DNA of 62,397 nt, counting the filler, from Candidatus Tectimicrobiota bacterium (GTDB lineage: Bacteria; JACPSX01), in the NCBI GenBank assembly GCA_016193065.1. It is 9 parts of 9 records of this genome, joined end to end, with 100 filler letters (N's around TTAATTAATTAA, not from the genome) between each part and the next. Parts side by side here need not be neighbours in the genome. Positions count along the whole stretch, not along the records: positions 26,816 to 36,824 come from JACPSX010000225.1; positions 36,925 to 41,140 come from JACPSX010000098.1; 7 more parts are not named here. One strand, written 5' to 3'. The position numbers and the translations under genes are program-made. The notes beneath the pieces were generated by a model. That model searched no databases. It had not been told where the DNA came from and worked only from the letters and a program-made list of their open reading frames with translations. How positions within the stretch are numbered: the stretch's first letter is position 1; each line of letters opens with the position of its first letter. Shown here in pieces: positions 28,478 to 38,039 of this stretch.

Positions 28478-30411
28478 GCGCCAACCCAGATCGAATGGCT
28501 TCAGATCTCGCCGCCATGACTTCCATCCCCCGCGAGCGTATCCTTCAGCTTCTTTACCTCTGGAGTGAAGGTTACGGGAACCCCTTCATTGCTCGCTACC
28601 GCAAGGAGTGGACCGGGGGTCTGGGAGAGAGAGAACTCGATGAGCTTCAGGAACTTTCCGTAGAACAGCTCGACGAAGAGAAGCGAAAAGAGGAATTCCT
28701 CATCTGGGCTCGCAAAGAAGGGATAGAAACCCCCGCCCTATCAGAATTCTTGCAGCGCGCCAGTGTCTGGGAGATCCGGGCTCTGGCCCCCCTTCTGAGA
28801 CCCGCGTTCACAAGTGCTGCACAGAACCCCGGATCCGGCCAACCCATCGGGTCCCTTCCGGAAACCCGGCAACCGCAGTCTACCCCGGGAAAGAATTCTC
28901 AATTGCCTCACCCGCCGGGCACAGATTCGTGGGAACAGCGCGCCTTTTCCGTGGTTCGGGACCTGGATCTATTCCGGGCTCTCATGGACACCGCCTGCAG
29001 AGAGGGGGAATTCCTGCTCTCCAAAGTCGAAGGAGCCTCCCCCCTGCCGGCACGCTTCTCGCCCTGGGTGGGGCGCTCTGTCCCCATCGACCAAGTCCCA
29101 GCCGAAGCCATGCTCCTTGGTTCCCTGGCCGAGGAGCAGAACCTGGGATACTGCACTCTAAATCTCCCTTTAGCCCAACTGGCCATCCAGATTGAAGAGG
29201 CCAATCCAGACCTTCTCCAGTTCGGAGCCGGCGGCCGGGCGGCCAGCAAGATCCTCGATTCCTATCTTTTGGAGCCCCTCACGCAAGCGCTCAAGGACAA
29301 CCTGCTCGACCGGGCCCAGAAGGCATGGATCGATCTACAATGCCAGGCTTTTCAGAATCTCTTGACTCAAACCACGGGAGGCCGCGGTCGGATCGCCGGC
29401 ATCCACCCGGATTTTCGCAGCGGCTGCGCCGTCGCCGTGATCGACGAGAGCGGCGCCCTGTGCGACCAGGCCCTCCTGCGTCCTCACGAATCCCTCAAAC
29501 AACGGGAGGCATCCAGAGCCTACCTGGCCGAGTTGATCCAGCGGCATGAAATCTCTCTGGTGGCCATCGGCAAGGCCCCTGCCCACCGGGACATGGAAGC
29601 CCTGCTCGCAGAGGCCATGGCCCTGCTGGGAGAGACAGCACGCAAGCCGGAACAGGTGGTGATCTCAGAGGCGGGAGGTGTTCCTTCCCTGGAAGAAGAC
29701 CCCGATGGAGTTGTCTCTCGTAACCCCAATGTCGCCATCGCCCTCGCTGTCGCCCGGCGTTCACAAAATCCTCTGGCTGAACTGGTGAAGGCGGATCCCG
29801 TGCTCCTGGTAAACTCCGGTATCCTGCCGCCGGCTGGTGTCGAGAAGCTGCGTAAGAAGCTAACGCGGATTCTAGTCTCCCATGTGAGCGCTGCCCGGAT
29901 TAAGCTCAATAAAGCTCCTGCCTCTCTGCTCCGGTACGTCTGCGGTCTGGATGAAGCCAGTGCCCGACGGATCGTTGAGCATCGCAAAGCCCGCGGCTCT
30001 TTCTCCTCCCGGATGGACCTCCTGGAGATCCCCGGATTCCGGGGACGGATTTTTGAGCAGGCGGCGGGATTTCTCTATCTCCCGGACGGGGAGAACCCTC
30101 TGGACAGGTCCGCCATCCATCCGGAATCTTATTTTATCGTCCAGGATCTCTGCAGCCGATTACACATGTCTCTGGAAACCCTGCTGGGGCGCCCCGAGTT
30201 TCTCGAATATTTCGAACCGGAAGACTTCATCACCCAGGAATTGAAGGCTTCAACGGTCGCCGATATTTTCGCCGAGCTTGCCCGCCTGTCCAGAGACGAG
30301 ATGGATCCGGATCCCCTGCCGGGCAGCAAGATAAGCCACAGAGAGCCTCCATCGGGTCGCGATGAGGCCGTGGAAGCTGCCACCGATCCCTTAATCCGGG
30401 AAGCCCAGTAA
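28474..30411 (+). CDS. Divergent Tex-like protein (Tex_N, YqgF-like, HhH domains; no S1)
   Basis: PFIARYRKEWTGGL, GIHPDFRSGC, ARRSQNPLAELVK, FEQAAGFL, NPLDRSAIHPESY. Confidence 0.85.
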   Translation: MSANPDRMASDLAAMTSIPRERILQLLYLWSEGYGNPFIARYRKEWTGGLGERELDELQELSVEQLDEEKRKEEFLIWARKEGIETPALSEFLQRASVWEIRALAPLLRPAFTSAAQNPGSGQPIGSLPETRQPQSTPGKNSQLPHPPGTDSWEQRAFSVVRDLDLFRALMDTACREGEFLLSKVEGASPLPARFSPWVGRSVPIDQVPAEAMLLGSLAEEQNLGYCTLNLPLAQLAIQIEEANPDLLQFGAGGRAASKILDSYLLEPLTQALKDNLLDRAQKAWIDLQCQAFQNLLTQTTGGRGRIAGIHPDFRSGCAVAVIDESGALCDQALLRPHESLKQREASRAYLAELIQRHEISLVAIGKAPAHRDMEALLAEAMALLGETARKPEQVVISEAGGVPSLEEDPDGVVSRNPNVAIALAVARRSQNPLAELVKADPVLLVNSGILPPAGVEKLRKKLTRILVSHVSAARIKLNKAPASLLRYVCGLDEASARRIVEHRKARGSFSSRMDLLEIPGFRGRIFEQAAGFLYLPDGENPLDRSAIHPESYFIVQDLCSRLHMSLETLLGRPEFLEYFEPEDFITQELKASTVADIFAELARLSRDEMDPDPLPGSKISHREPPSGRDEAVEAATDPLIREAQ

Positions 30412-31725
30412 AGCCACCAGCTCGGAGTGGTAGGTCTGGGGAAACATGTCAATCCCCTGAATTTCCTGGGTCTCATACCCGCAGGCGGCAAAGAGCGCAA
30501 GGTCTCGGATCAGGTTCACCGGATGACAGGAAACGTAGATTAGGCGTTGGGCTCTCAAACGGCACAGGGTCTCCAGCAGAGGACGGCAACCCTGGCGGGG
30601 GGGATCGAGGATGACTACGGAGAAGTTTTTCCCCGACATGGCCAAGCGCAGGACCCCTTGCAAGGCATCCATGTCCCAGAACTGACAGTTCTTAAACCCC
30701 TGCTTCGCCGCCAGGTGCCGGGCGCTGGAAACCGCCGCGGGATCCAGATCGATGCCGAGGATCGAGGCGACCCGAGGGGCCCAGGCGAGAGACAAGTTTC
30801 CGTTGCCGCAAAAAAGGTCCAGAACCCTATCTTCCCGGCCGACAGCGGCGTATCTCTCCACGACCTCCCGCAGCACGCGATTTTGCTCCCGATTGACCTG
30901 GGAGAACACCCCTTCCTCCGATTCCCCATCCTCTTCCTCGGACCCTTCGCGGATCCACCTGTGCCCGGCCTCCTCTCCCTCCTCTGCACACTGCAGGGCT
31001 ATGGAGGCGGCTGAGGGAGCCCCTCTGGCCACCCGCTTCGCCAGATCGGGATCAATCGGTGGCTGGACATGGAGAAGAACTCGACACAGCCCTGAAGAGG
31101 GGGAAACCTCCATCTCGATTTCCTTGATCCGATCACACAGACCCCGTCCCTCCGCGCGCAAGTAGCCCCGCAGGTCCCGCAGGACTTCGTTGATCCGGGG
31201 ATGGGAAACGGCACACTCTTCCACGTCCAGCAGGTCGTGGCTCCTTCTCTGAAAGAACCCGATCCGGCACTCGTGACCGAACCCCCGGACCTTCAGGCGG
31301 ACTCGGTGACGGTATGCGTACGGGGCGGGGGCCGCAACGAACGGGGGAATGCGCGGCTGCAGGTCTGGAGCCATCTTGCGCAGGTGATCCAACAAGATCT
31401 GCTCTTTGGCCCGCAGCTGTAAATCGTAGCTCAAATGCTGCCATTGGCAGCCGCCGCAGACTCCGAACAGCGGGCAAAGGGGAGAAGTACGCTGCGGGGA
31501 GGGAGAAAGAATTTCCTCCACCACTCCGTACCAGTAATTTTTCTTCTTCTGCGTGATCCGGACCCGTACGGTATCGCCCGGAGCCGTGAAGGGCACAAAA
31601 ACCACGAGGCTTCCATAACGCCCGACCCCCCAGCCCTCAAAGGCCAAAGAGTCAATGGACAGGGAAATGGTTTCCTGACTTTCTGGAGCCGTCCGGCCCC
31701 GGACTGCTCCGCGCCACCGTTTCAT
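30391..31725 (-). CDS. rlmD: 23S rRNA (uracil-5)-methyltransferase with TRAM domain
   Basis: CPLFGVCGGCQWQH, FSQVN, DLFCGNGN, LDPPRQG, YVSC, DMFPQTYHSE. Confidence 0.92.
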   Translation of the reverse strand: MKRWRGAVRGRTAPESQETISLSIDSLAFEGWGVGRYGSLVVFVPFTAPGDTVRVRITQKKKNYWYGVVEEILSPSPQRTSPLCPLFGVCGGCQWQHLSYDLQLRAKEQILLDHLRKMAPDLQPRIPPFVAAPAPYAYRHRVRLKVRGFGHECRIGFFQRRSHDLLDVEECAVSHPRINEVLRDLRGYLRAEGRGLCDRIKEIEMEVSPSSGLCRVLLHVQPPIDPDLAKRVARGAPSAASIALQCAEEGEEAGHRWIREGSEEEDGESEEGVFSQVNREQNRVLREVVERYAAVGREDRVLDLFCGNGNLSLAWAPRVASILGIDLDPAAVSSARHLAAKQGFKNCQFWDMDALQGVLRLAMSGKNFSVVILDPPRQGCRPLLETLCRLRAQRLIYVSCHPVNLIRDLALFAACGYETQEIQGIDMFPQTYHSELVALLGFPD

Positions 31726-31735
31726 GACCGCTCAG

Positions 31736-32818
31736 TTACAGATGAAACCGGACATGCATGACCTCCCCGTCCTGGATCACATAGCCCTTGCCCTCAATCC
31801 GGAGATGCCCGAGGTCACGAGCGGCGGCCATGGAACCAGTCCGCACCAGATCTTCCCAAGGAATCACTTCCGCTCGGATGAAGCCACGCTCCATATCTGA
31901 GTGAATCACAGCGGCTGCCTTCATGGCCGGCGTTCCGGCCGGAATTGTCCAGGCCTTCACCTCGTCCTTGCCTACGGTAAAGAAGGAAATGAGTCCCAGC
32001 AGTTCATAGGAGAGGGTGATCACCTTCTCCAGGGCAGGCCGTTCGATCCCCATGGCTCGCAAGAAGGCCCCTCGCTCTTCCTCCGGCAGTTCCCCGATCT
32101 CCGCCTCCAGCTTTCCACAGACCCCCGTAACGCGGCAGATCCCTTGCTTCTCTCTCAGCGTGGCCTGAGCCAGAAGATGGGAAAAAGCCTCACCTCCAAG
32201 ATCCTGCTCCCCCAAATTGACGATGACCAAAACAGGTTTCAGGGTCAAAAGCTGGAATCCCCTCAACCGCTTGCGGTCCTCCTCGGAGAACTCCAACAAC
32301 CTCAAAGGGGTGCCTTCCTGAAGAGCCGACTGGCAGTGCGACAGAAGATCCGCTTCCAGTTGCAGCAACTGCTCCCCCTTCATTCCCTCTTTTTTCACCC
32401 GTTCAAGCCGATTTTCAATAATCTGAAGATCCGCCAAGATCGTCTCGGTCTCCACATAATTCAGATCCCGGACCACATTGATCCCGCCCAGAGGGTGAAC
32501 GACACGATCGTCCTCAAAAGCCCTGACGACCAGCGCCAGGGCATCCACCTCACGGGCCTGAGGGACAAGAAGCAGGGGATGTTTGGTGCCCGAGGGCGGG
32601 CCGGGGAAGTCCAGGTATTCGATGCTGGCGGGAGTGACCTTTTCCGGATGAAACATCTGCGCAAGCGGCTCTAGACGCGGGTCCGGAACCTTGATGGTGG
32701 CGACTTGAAACTGACCCTTGCCGCTTTGAGCGGGGTGAGCGAGGGCATGGCTTCCCGTCATGGCTGAAAAGAGAGTCGATTTCCCGGAAAGGGATAACCC
32801 AATAATCCCGATTTGCAC
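31736..32818 (-). CDS. ychF: Redox-regulated ATPase YchF
   Basis: GLSLSGKSTLF, LGLISFFTVG, IHSDMERGFIRAEV, EGKGYVIQDG. Confidence 0.93.
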   Translation of the reverse strand: MQIGIIGLSLSGKSTLFSAMTGSHALAHPAQSGKGQFQVATIKVPDPRLEPLAQMFHPEKVTPASIEYLDFPGPPSGTKHPLLLVPQAREVDALALVVRAFEDDRVVHPLGGINVVRDLNYVETETILADLQIIENRLERVKKEGMKGEQLLQLEADLLSHCQSALQEGTPLRLLEFSEEDRKRLRGFQLLTLKPVLVIVNLGEQDLGGEAFSHLLAQATLREKQGICRVTGVCGKLEAEIGELPEEERGAFLRAMGIERPALEKVITLSYELLGLISFFTVGKDEVKAWTIPAGTPAMKAAAVIHSDMERGFIRAEVIPWEDLVRTGSMAAARDLGHLRIEGKGYVIQDGEVMHVRFHL

Positions 32819-33100
32819 TATTTCCCTCCTGTCGTTCCACTCCGCTCCGCGCTTATAACACAGTAATGAAAGTCATGGTGGAAAACAAGGCACCGCCGGA
32901 AAATCCTTGCCGACCTTCCTGGGTCGCGAACTCCTCCCTCCATGACTCCCGGGGTCAGGTCGCGGGCCCGGACTCCCGGCGCCCCGGATAACCCAGGAAT
33001 CCCCTAAAGAGGGGGGCCAACACCGAAACCTTCCAGACCGCGGATTAGGGACCGCACGAGAGGGCCATGGACCGGCCGTAAGGCCAACTGATTAAAGTTT

Positions 33101-33802
33101 TTGGCTCGGCAACCGATTCATTCCTGGGCTGAGGATTTGCCTTGCGATAGTTCACCAATCGGGGAGGATTTCCTGTTGGCCGAAATCCAGCGCATCTTCA
33201 ACGAAGGGAGTATGGTGCTCCTTAAGATTGCGGAGCGCTCCTATAAGGGGATCGTCCAGTCCTTTGATCCTTGGAGACACCTCACCGTACGCCTGACCAA
33301 GCTCGATAACAGTTTAGTCTATAAAGGGGCAGGAGAAAAGATCTCCGTCACCTACATCAATGACGAGGGCGTAGCCTACACCGGGGAAACCTCCCTGATG
33401 AAGAAATCCCTGCCTACCCTCGTCCTGCACTATCCGGACCACATGGAAGGGAAATCCATCCGCAAGCATGAGCGGATCAAGGTTTCCATCTGGACATCGA
33501 TCCGGGACGGAAAACTGGGTATAAAACCGGAAGAGGCTCCCGTTCTCGGCGATGGGACCCTGGTTAATTTGAGTCCCGGAGGCGCCTGTGTCCTGACCGA
33601 AATCAAGGGGTTCAACATCGGGCAGGGATTCGTTCTGGGGTTTCAACTGACCGATGGTTTCCCTCAGGTACAGCTTCCTTGCCTGGTCCGCAACAGCCGC
33701 CCCGGCCCCTACGATTGCGTCTACTACGGGGTGGAATTTATCTCGCTGTCCGAGGATTTTCGCGAAAAACTCGAAGAGTTTCTAAAACACCCCGTTTCCT
33801 AA
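33101..33802 (+). CDS. PilZ-domain c-di-GMP binding protein (YcgR/flagellar brake-like)
   Basis: RKHER (RxxxR) and NLSPGG motifs, YGVEF. Confidence 0.82.
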   Translation: MARQPIHSWAEDLPCDSSPIGEDFLLAEIQRIFNEGSMVLLKIAERSYKGIVQSFDPWRHLTVRLTKLDNSLVYKGAGEKISVTYINDEGVAYTGETSLMKKSLPTLVLHYPDHMEGKSIRKHERIKVSIWTSIRDGKLGIKPEEAPVLGDGTLVNLSPGGACVLTEIKGFNIGQGFVLGFQLTDGFPQVQLPCLVRNSRPGPYDCVYYGVEFISLSEDFREKLEEFLKHPVS

Positions 33803-33899
33803 AAACGACCTCAGCGCTCTTCCCGGAGGTACTGGATGCTCGTTGACTTGCTCTCGTATTTCTCCTAAAGTACCCCCCTAGATGTAATAGGAGTACTTC

Positions 33900-35195
33900 A
33901 TGGCGATCCACCTCTACACGGAAAACTGGATCGAACCTCCCGCTTCGAGCCCCACAATCCAGGAACAATTTCGGGAGGCGGAGGCCTATCTGAACAGTCC
34001 CCCGGCAATCCAAGAAAGGATCTCCCGACACCAGGGGGGTGCTCCCATTCCTTCTTTTGCCACCGTCAAAGCGGACCTGGAGACCATTGCCCCTCACATT
34101 GAACCGTATTCCCGCCTCAGGCACATCGTGGTGGTCGGCAACGGAGGATCGATCCGCAACGTGTGGGCCCTTTACCAGGCCATATTGGAGGGGAACACCG
34201 CAAAGAAGATCCATGTGCTGGACAGCACGGAACCCACGGGCCTTCTCGGTCGCCTGCTGGCCGAGGCCAGCGGCCTCTCCCCGGAAAACACCTTGATCAT
34301 CGCCGTCAGCAAATCGGGCAATACGGAGAACGTGCTCCTGGAAACGGAGATTCTGCATTCCCGGCGCTATCCGATTCTGGTCGTGACCAGCCAAAGCGAC
34401 CGGGCCCGGCTCTACCAGTTTGCCGTCCAAAGGCGCCTGCCCTGGGTCGCCCATCCGGAGGAGGTCGGGGGCCGCTTCACGGCCGGACAGATCAACTCCT
34501 TGCTCCCACTCTCGATCCTTGATGGAGGTCTGGAGACTGTATCCCGAATCGTTCAGGGCCTCGAGCAGGCCTACGAGCTTTGCGCGCCCGGAGTTCCGTT
34601 GCAAGAAAACCCGGCCAAGGATCTGGCCCTCAGGCTTTTCCGAGCCGAACTTCTGGGTTTCTGCGACCTCTTCCTCCCCATATATTGCCAAAAGCTCATG
34701 GGAATTGGAGAGCTTATCGTACAACTCTGCCACGAAACTTTCGGCAAGGACTCCCTGGGGATTTCCGTGGTCATGGCATCGGCTCCGGAATCCCAGCACC
34801 ATACGAATCAGAGGTTCTTTGGCGGCCGCCGCAACATGGTTGGCATCAGTCTTCAACTGGCTCACTTCGAGGAGGACTGGAAGCTGAACAACTGGCTCGG
34901 GGCCGGGGAATTTTTAGCGCTGGAACATATGGGGGTCGTGGAGGAGGCAAGGGCGCAGGGACTCCCCTGGGCCGTCCTCACCGTCGATGACCTGGCTGCG
35001 GAGGACATCGGAAAGCTAATCGGCTTCTGGCAGTATACCGCGGTCTATTCAGCCCTCGTCAGAGGGTCGAATCCATTCGACCAGCCGGCCGTGGAGGGGA
35101 GCAAGCGGCGCACTTCCGAACTCATGACGCTCTTATCGGAAGCGACCCCTCTGGATCTGGATCGATACAAGGCCCGGGCTGCCTTTCATCTCTGA
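33900..35195 (+). CDS. Glucose-6-phosphate isomerase-like SIS protein (divergent)
   Basis: VGNGGS, SKSGNTENV, VGGRFT, NPFDQPAVEGSK. Confidence 0.8.
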   Translation: MAIHLYTENWIEPPASSPTIQEQFREAEAYLNSPPAIQERISRHQGGAPIPSFATVKADLETIAPHIEPYSRLRHIVVVGNGGSIRNVWALYQAILEGNTAKKIHVLDSTEPTGLLGRLLAEASGLSPENTLIIAVSKSGNTENVLLETEILHSRRYPILVVTSQSDRARLYQFAVQRRLPWVAHPEEVGGRFTAGQINSLLPLSILDGGLETVSRIVQGLEQAYELCAPGVPLQENPAKDLALRLFRAELLGFCDLFLPIYCQKLMGIGELIVQLCHETFGKDSLGISVVMASAPESQHHTNQRFFGGRRNMVGISLQLAHFEEDWKLNNWLGAGEFLALEHMGVVEEARAQGLPWAVLTVDDLAAEDIGKLIGFWQYTAVYSALVRGSNPFDQPAVEGSKRRTSELMTLLSEATPLDLDRYKARAAFHL

Positions 35196-35201
35196 TCTCC
35201 T

Positions 35202-36119
35202 GTGGAACAGATCCGCTTCGTAATCAACCCCATTGCCGGGACCCGACAAAAAATCTCCGAGATTCGAGGAGCCATTGCCAAAGTTATGGCGGGCAGCGGC
35301 TCCTCATACGAGGTTTTGCTCACCGAGAAAGCCGGAGATGGAGCGCTCTTGGCCGCCGAAGCGGCGTCCCGCCACCACCCCTTGGTGGTTGCGGTAGGAG
35401 GGGACGGCACGGTCAATGAGGTTGCCTCCTCCCTCGTGGGCACTTCTTCTTGCCTGGGCATCATTCCTTCGGGTTCCGGAAACGGGCTGGCCCGGGAACT
35501 TCACATCCCACGGGATGCCGAAGCCGCCTGCCGCATTCTCGTGGAGGGTATGACCCTGGCCATCGACGTCGGATTGATTGCCGACCGTTATTTCCTCAGC
35601 ACGGCCGGAATCGGATTTGAGGCCCGGCTCAGCAAAGCCTTCAACGAGAACACGGCAGGATGCAGGGGGTTCTGGCGCTACCTCCTGCTTGGGATCCGGG
35701 AATTTTTCCATTATGAACCTCCTGTCGTCAAAGTCATCATCAATGGGCGTGAGTTCTCTTTCCGCCCCTTTATTCTCACCTTCGCCAACACGCGCCAGTA
35801 CGGGAATCGTGCCATCATTGCCCCAAGCGCCAGGGCAAACGATGGACTCCTGAACGTCTGCATGATTCCGGTCATGAACCCACTGAGGACGGTCTTCCAC
35901 CTCCCGAAACTCTTCACGGGGCAGATCGAGAAGGCCCCCGGAAGCTTTCAGGCAACCGCGCAGAGGGTCAAGGTCATCCGCAACGTAGCAGGAACCGTGC
36001 AGGTGGACGGGGAAAATTTCGAGGCCGAGGCAGCTCTGACGGTAAGCGTCCTCTCCCGAGCCTTGAAAGTCCGCTGCCCTTCTGAGGACTGCGACATCTT
36101 CCAGCCACCGCTCCTTTGA
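35202..36119 (+). CDS. Diacylglycerol/lipid kinase (YegS/BmrU family)
   Basis: INPIAG, VGGDGTVNEV, PSGSGNGLAR, QVDGE. Confidence 0.92.
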   Translation: MEQIRFVINPIAGTRQKISEIRGAIAKVMAGSGSSYEVLLTEKAGDGALLAAEAASRHHPLVVAVGGDGTVNEVASSLVGTSSCLGIIPSGSGNGLARELHIPRDAEAACRILVEGMTLAIDVGLIADRYFLSTAGIGFEARLSKAFNENTAGCRGFWRYLLLGIREFFHYEPPVVKVIINGREFSFRPFILTFANTRQYGNRAIIAPSARANDGLLNVCMIPVMNPLRTVFHLPKLFTGQIEKAPGSFQATAQRVKVIRNVAGTVQVDGENFEAEAALTVSVLSRALKVRCPSEDCDIFQPPLL

Positions 36120-36182
36120 CGATCTGCAGGGACACTCCTTCCACAGAGCCGGGGAAACAAGGAAGCAGGGAGGCTGCGAGAC

Positions 36183-36211
36183 TTTACAATTGGGGCTTCC
36201 CCCCTTATAAT
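36183..36211 (+). promoter_or_regulatory. Near-consensus sigma70 promoter for small basic peptide
   Basis: TTTACA (36183-36188), 17 bp, TATAAT (36206-36211). Confidence 0.7.
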
Positions 36212-36277
36212 TCGTCTTCGCCGTCGGCAAATTCAAAGTGTGGAGGGAACAGCAGGCAAATCGAAAAGGAGGAGGCA

Positions 36278-36379
36278 ATGGCCCGGAGCAAGAGTAAGCA
36301 CCAACGAAAGCGGCACACATTCAAGCTGAGAGACAAACGCCGGAAGCAGAGAAAGGCCGCAGCGAAAAAAGCTGCCTAG
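36278..36379 (+). CDS. 33-aa Lys/Arg-rich small protein
   Basis: AAGGAGGAGG RBS; MARSKSKHQRKRHTFKLRDKRRKQRKAAAKKAA. Confidence 0.75.
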   Translation: MARSKSKHQRKRHTFKLRDKRRKQRKAAAKKAA

Positions 36380-36515
36380 TGCCGTTCCAACTATTCGTAC
36401 CAAGCTACCCGTCTCACACGGTTGCAATTTTTACCGCAAGACATGCGACTCAAATTAGGTGCGTTAAGTTGGAACGGTACTAGCCCCCTTGCCCTGCCCC
36501 CCCTGGGACGCTCGC

Positions 36516-36824
36516 TTAGCCGCTCGCCGGCTGACGCCTCATCTTTTCCCACAAGGCAACCACTTGCTGGCGATACTCCTGCGTCGAGACTAGAGAGCAA
36601 ATATAGGAGGCCCAAGACCAGGTCAGGGAGGTATACCCCCCTTGATCCGCCAGCACGCGCCTGCGCCCGTCGGGCTGGACAGGGAAATCAATCCCCTTTC
36701 CGGGAATCATAAAGAGGCCGATGGTAGCCTCCCCCCGGCGATAGATCAGGAGAGCCGCCTGCCGGCCTGAAATTTCTACCACACGGGCCCCCAGCAGGAG
36801 GAATTCATCATTCCCCTTGAAAGG
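36516..36824 (-). CDS. Probable anti-sigma factor C-terminal domain, 5'-truncated
   Basis: LLGARVVEISGRQAALLIYRR...GGYTSLTW...SLVS resembles the extracytoplasmic domain of transmembrane anti-sigma factors. Confidence 0.5.
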   Translation of the reverse strand, partial: PFKGNDEFLLLGARVVEISGRQAALLIYRRGEATIGLFMIPGKGIDFPVQPDGRRRVLADQGGYTSLTWSWASYICSLVSTQEYRQQVVALWEKMRRQPASG

Positions 36825-36924
36825 NNNNNNNNNNNNNNNNNNNNNNNNNNNNNNNNNNNNNNNNNNNNTTAATTAATTAANNNNNNNNNNNNNNNNNNNN
36901 NNNNNNNNNNNNNNNNNNNNNNNN
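36825..36924. other. Artificial contig linker
   Basis: N44-TTAATTAATTAA-N44. Confidence 0.99.
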
Positions 36925-36977
36925 CCACTGTGGGGAGAGGGGAGGGGGAGGGGGAATTTAGAGAGGAGACGCCCCTC

Positions 36978-37202
36978 ATGCGCCAGATAAAGATCATCGT
37001 GGAAAAGCATCCCGATAGATATGTGGCATATCCTTTGGGCGTGAAGGGAGTGGTTGTCGGTGAGGGAGAAACCTACGAGGAAGCTCTCGCAGACGTGAAA
37101 TCAGCCATCAAGTTTCATGTCGAGAGTTTCGGCGATGACGTTCTTGAGGTCGAGCCTCCAGTACTCGCGGGTTTCGTCGCCGAGACCGGCGTGGATATCT
37201 AG
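36978..37202 (+). CDS. HicB-family antitoxin (no HicA adjacent)
   Basis: YVAYPLG...GEGETYEEALADVKSAIKFH; GAGGAG RBS. Confidence 0.85.
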   Translation: MRQIKIIVEKHPDRYVAYPLGVKGVVVGEGETYEEALADVKSAIKFHVESFGDDVLEVEPPVLAGFVAETGVDI

Positions 37203-37222
37203 AGACGAATTTTTGGAAGCCT

Positions 37223-37570
37223 ATGACAAAGCATAACCGTTCCAAGAAAAAGAACTGGATGGGATCAAGGGTGGAGGAATTTCTAGCTCAGGAAATGACG
37301 GAGCCGACCTTTCGAGTGGCGTTTGCCCAAGCGGGAGCCAAACGAATCAAGAGAGCACTTGCTGAGGCAGTTCGCAAGACCAGGGAGAGCCAGGGGCTGA
37401 GCCAGGCAGCTCTGTCCAAGCGAGCCAGGACAACCCAGGCTGTTGTCTCGCGTATTGAGAACCCCAAGACTTCTTATCTCCCCAGCATTGAAGTGCTCGC
37501 TCGGCTTGCGACGGCTCTGGGTGCTCACCTGGAGATTTCTTTCGTTCTTGGAACCCGAACAGCCGTCTAG
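37223..37570 (+). CDS. XRE-family HTH regulator (HigA-like antitoxin)
   Basis: RESQGLSQAALSKRARTTQAVVSRIEN...PSIEVLARLATALG. Confidence 0.85.
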   Translation: MTKHNRSKKKNWMGSRVEEFLAQEMTEPTFRVAFAQAGAKRIKRALAEAVRKTRESQGLSQAALSKRARTTQAVVSRIENPKTSYLPSIEVLARLATALGAHLEISFVLGTRTAV

Positions 37571-37611
37571 AAGAGTAAGCCAGCAGTTCTATCGGCCTCG
37601 CTTGTTTCCAT

Positions 37612-37971
37612 TTACCCAAGCACCATGGGCAAGGGTTTCAGTACTCTCTTGATGGGGTCCAGAATGAGGCCAAGTGCTTCCAGAGAGACCGTGCCCAGCA
37701 GTACGCTGTCCCCTTTCTCGCCGAATAGGACAGGCGAGGCTCCCCGTTCCCCGTTGATGAGGAAGAGAGCATCACCGATACGACGCTGAATCTCGGTCCC
37801 GTCGGCAAGGATGAAGGTGCGGGTGGAGTGAGGTTTGATCCCGAGTCGGCGCAGGGTCTCCCCAGGAACTACGGAATAAATTGCCCCGGAATCAACGAGA
37901 AAGGTGAGTTTCGCAGTTCTTCTGGGGTGCGCGGGATTGGCAATGGTTACCTTCACATGGGTCAAGCCCAT
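37612..37971 (-). CDS. Clan AA retropepsin-like aspartic protease (AF_0612-like)
   Basis: FLVDSGA, LADG, LLGTVSLEALGLILDP. Confidence 0.88.
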   Translation of the reverse strand: MGLTHVKVTIANPAHPRRTAKLTFLVDSGAIYSVVPGETLRRLGIKPHSTRTFILADGTEIQRRIGDALFLINGERGASPVLFGEKGDSVLLGTVSLEALGLILDPIKRVLKPLPMVLG

Positions 37972-38039
37972 CGCGCGTCCTCCTTTGCCCAAGTTTTATA
38001 GTACTGCAAAGCCCATGCGGTTCCAACCGATTATTCGGC

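Noticed and set aside
32915-33005. TTCCTGGGT/ACCCAGGAA inverted repeat between ychF and the PilZ gene as a possible 6S RNA
   Set aside because: Only one clear helix; no extended rod with a central bubble visible
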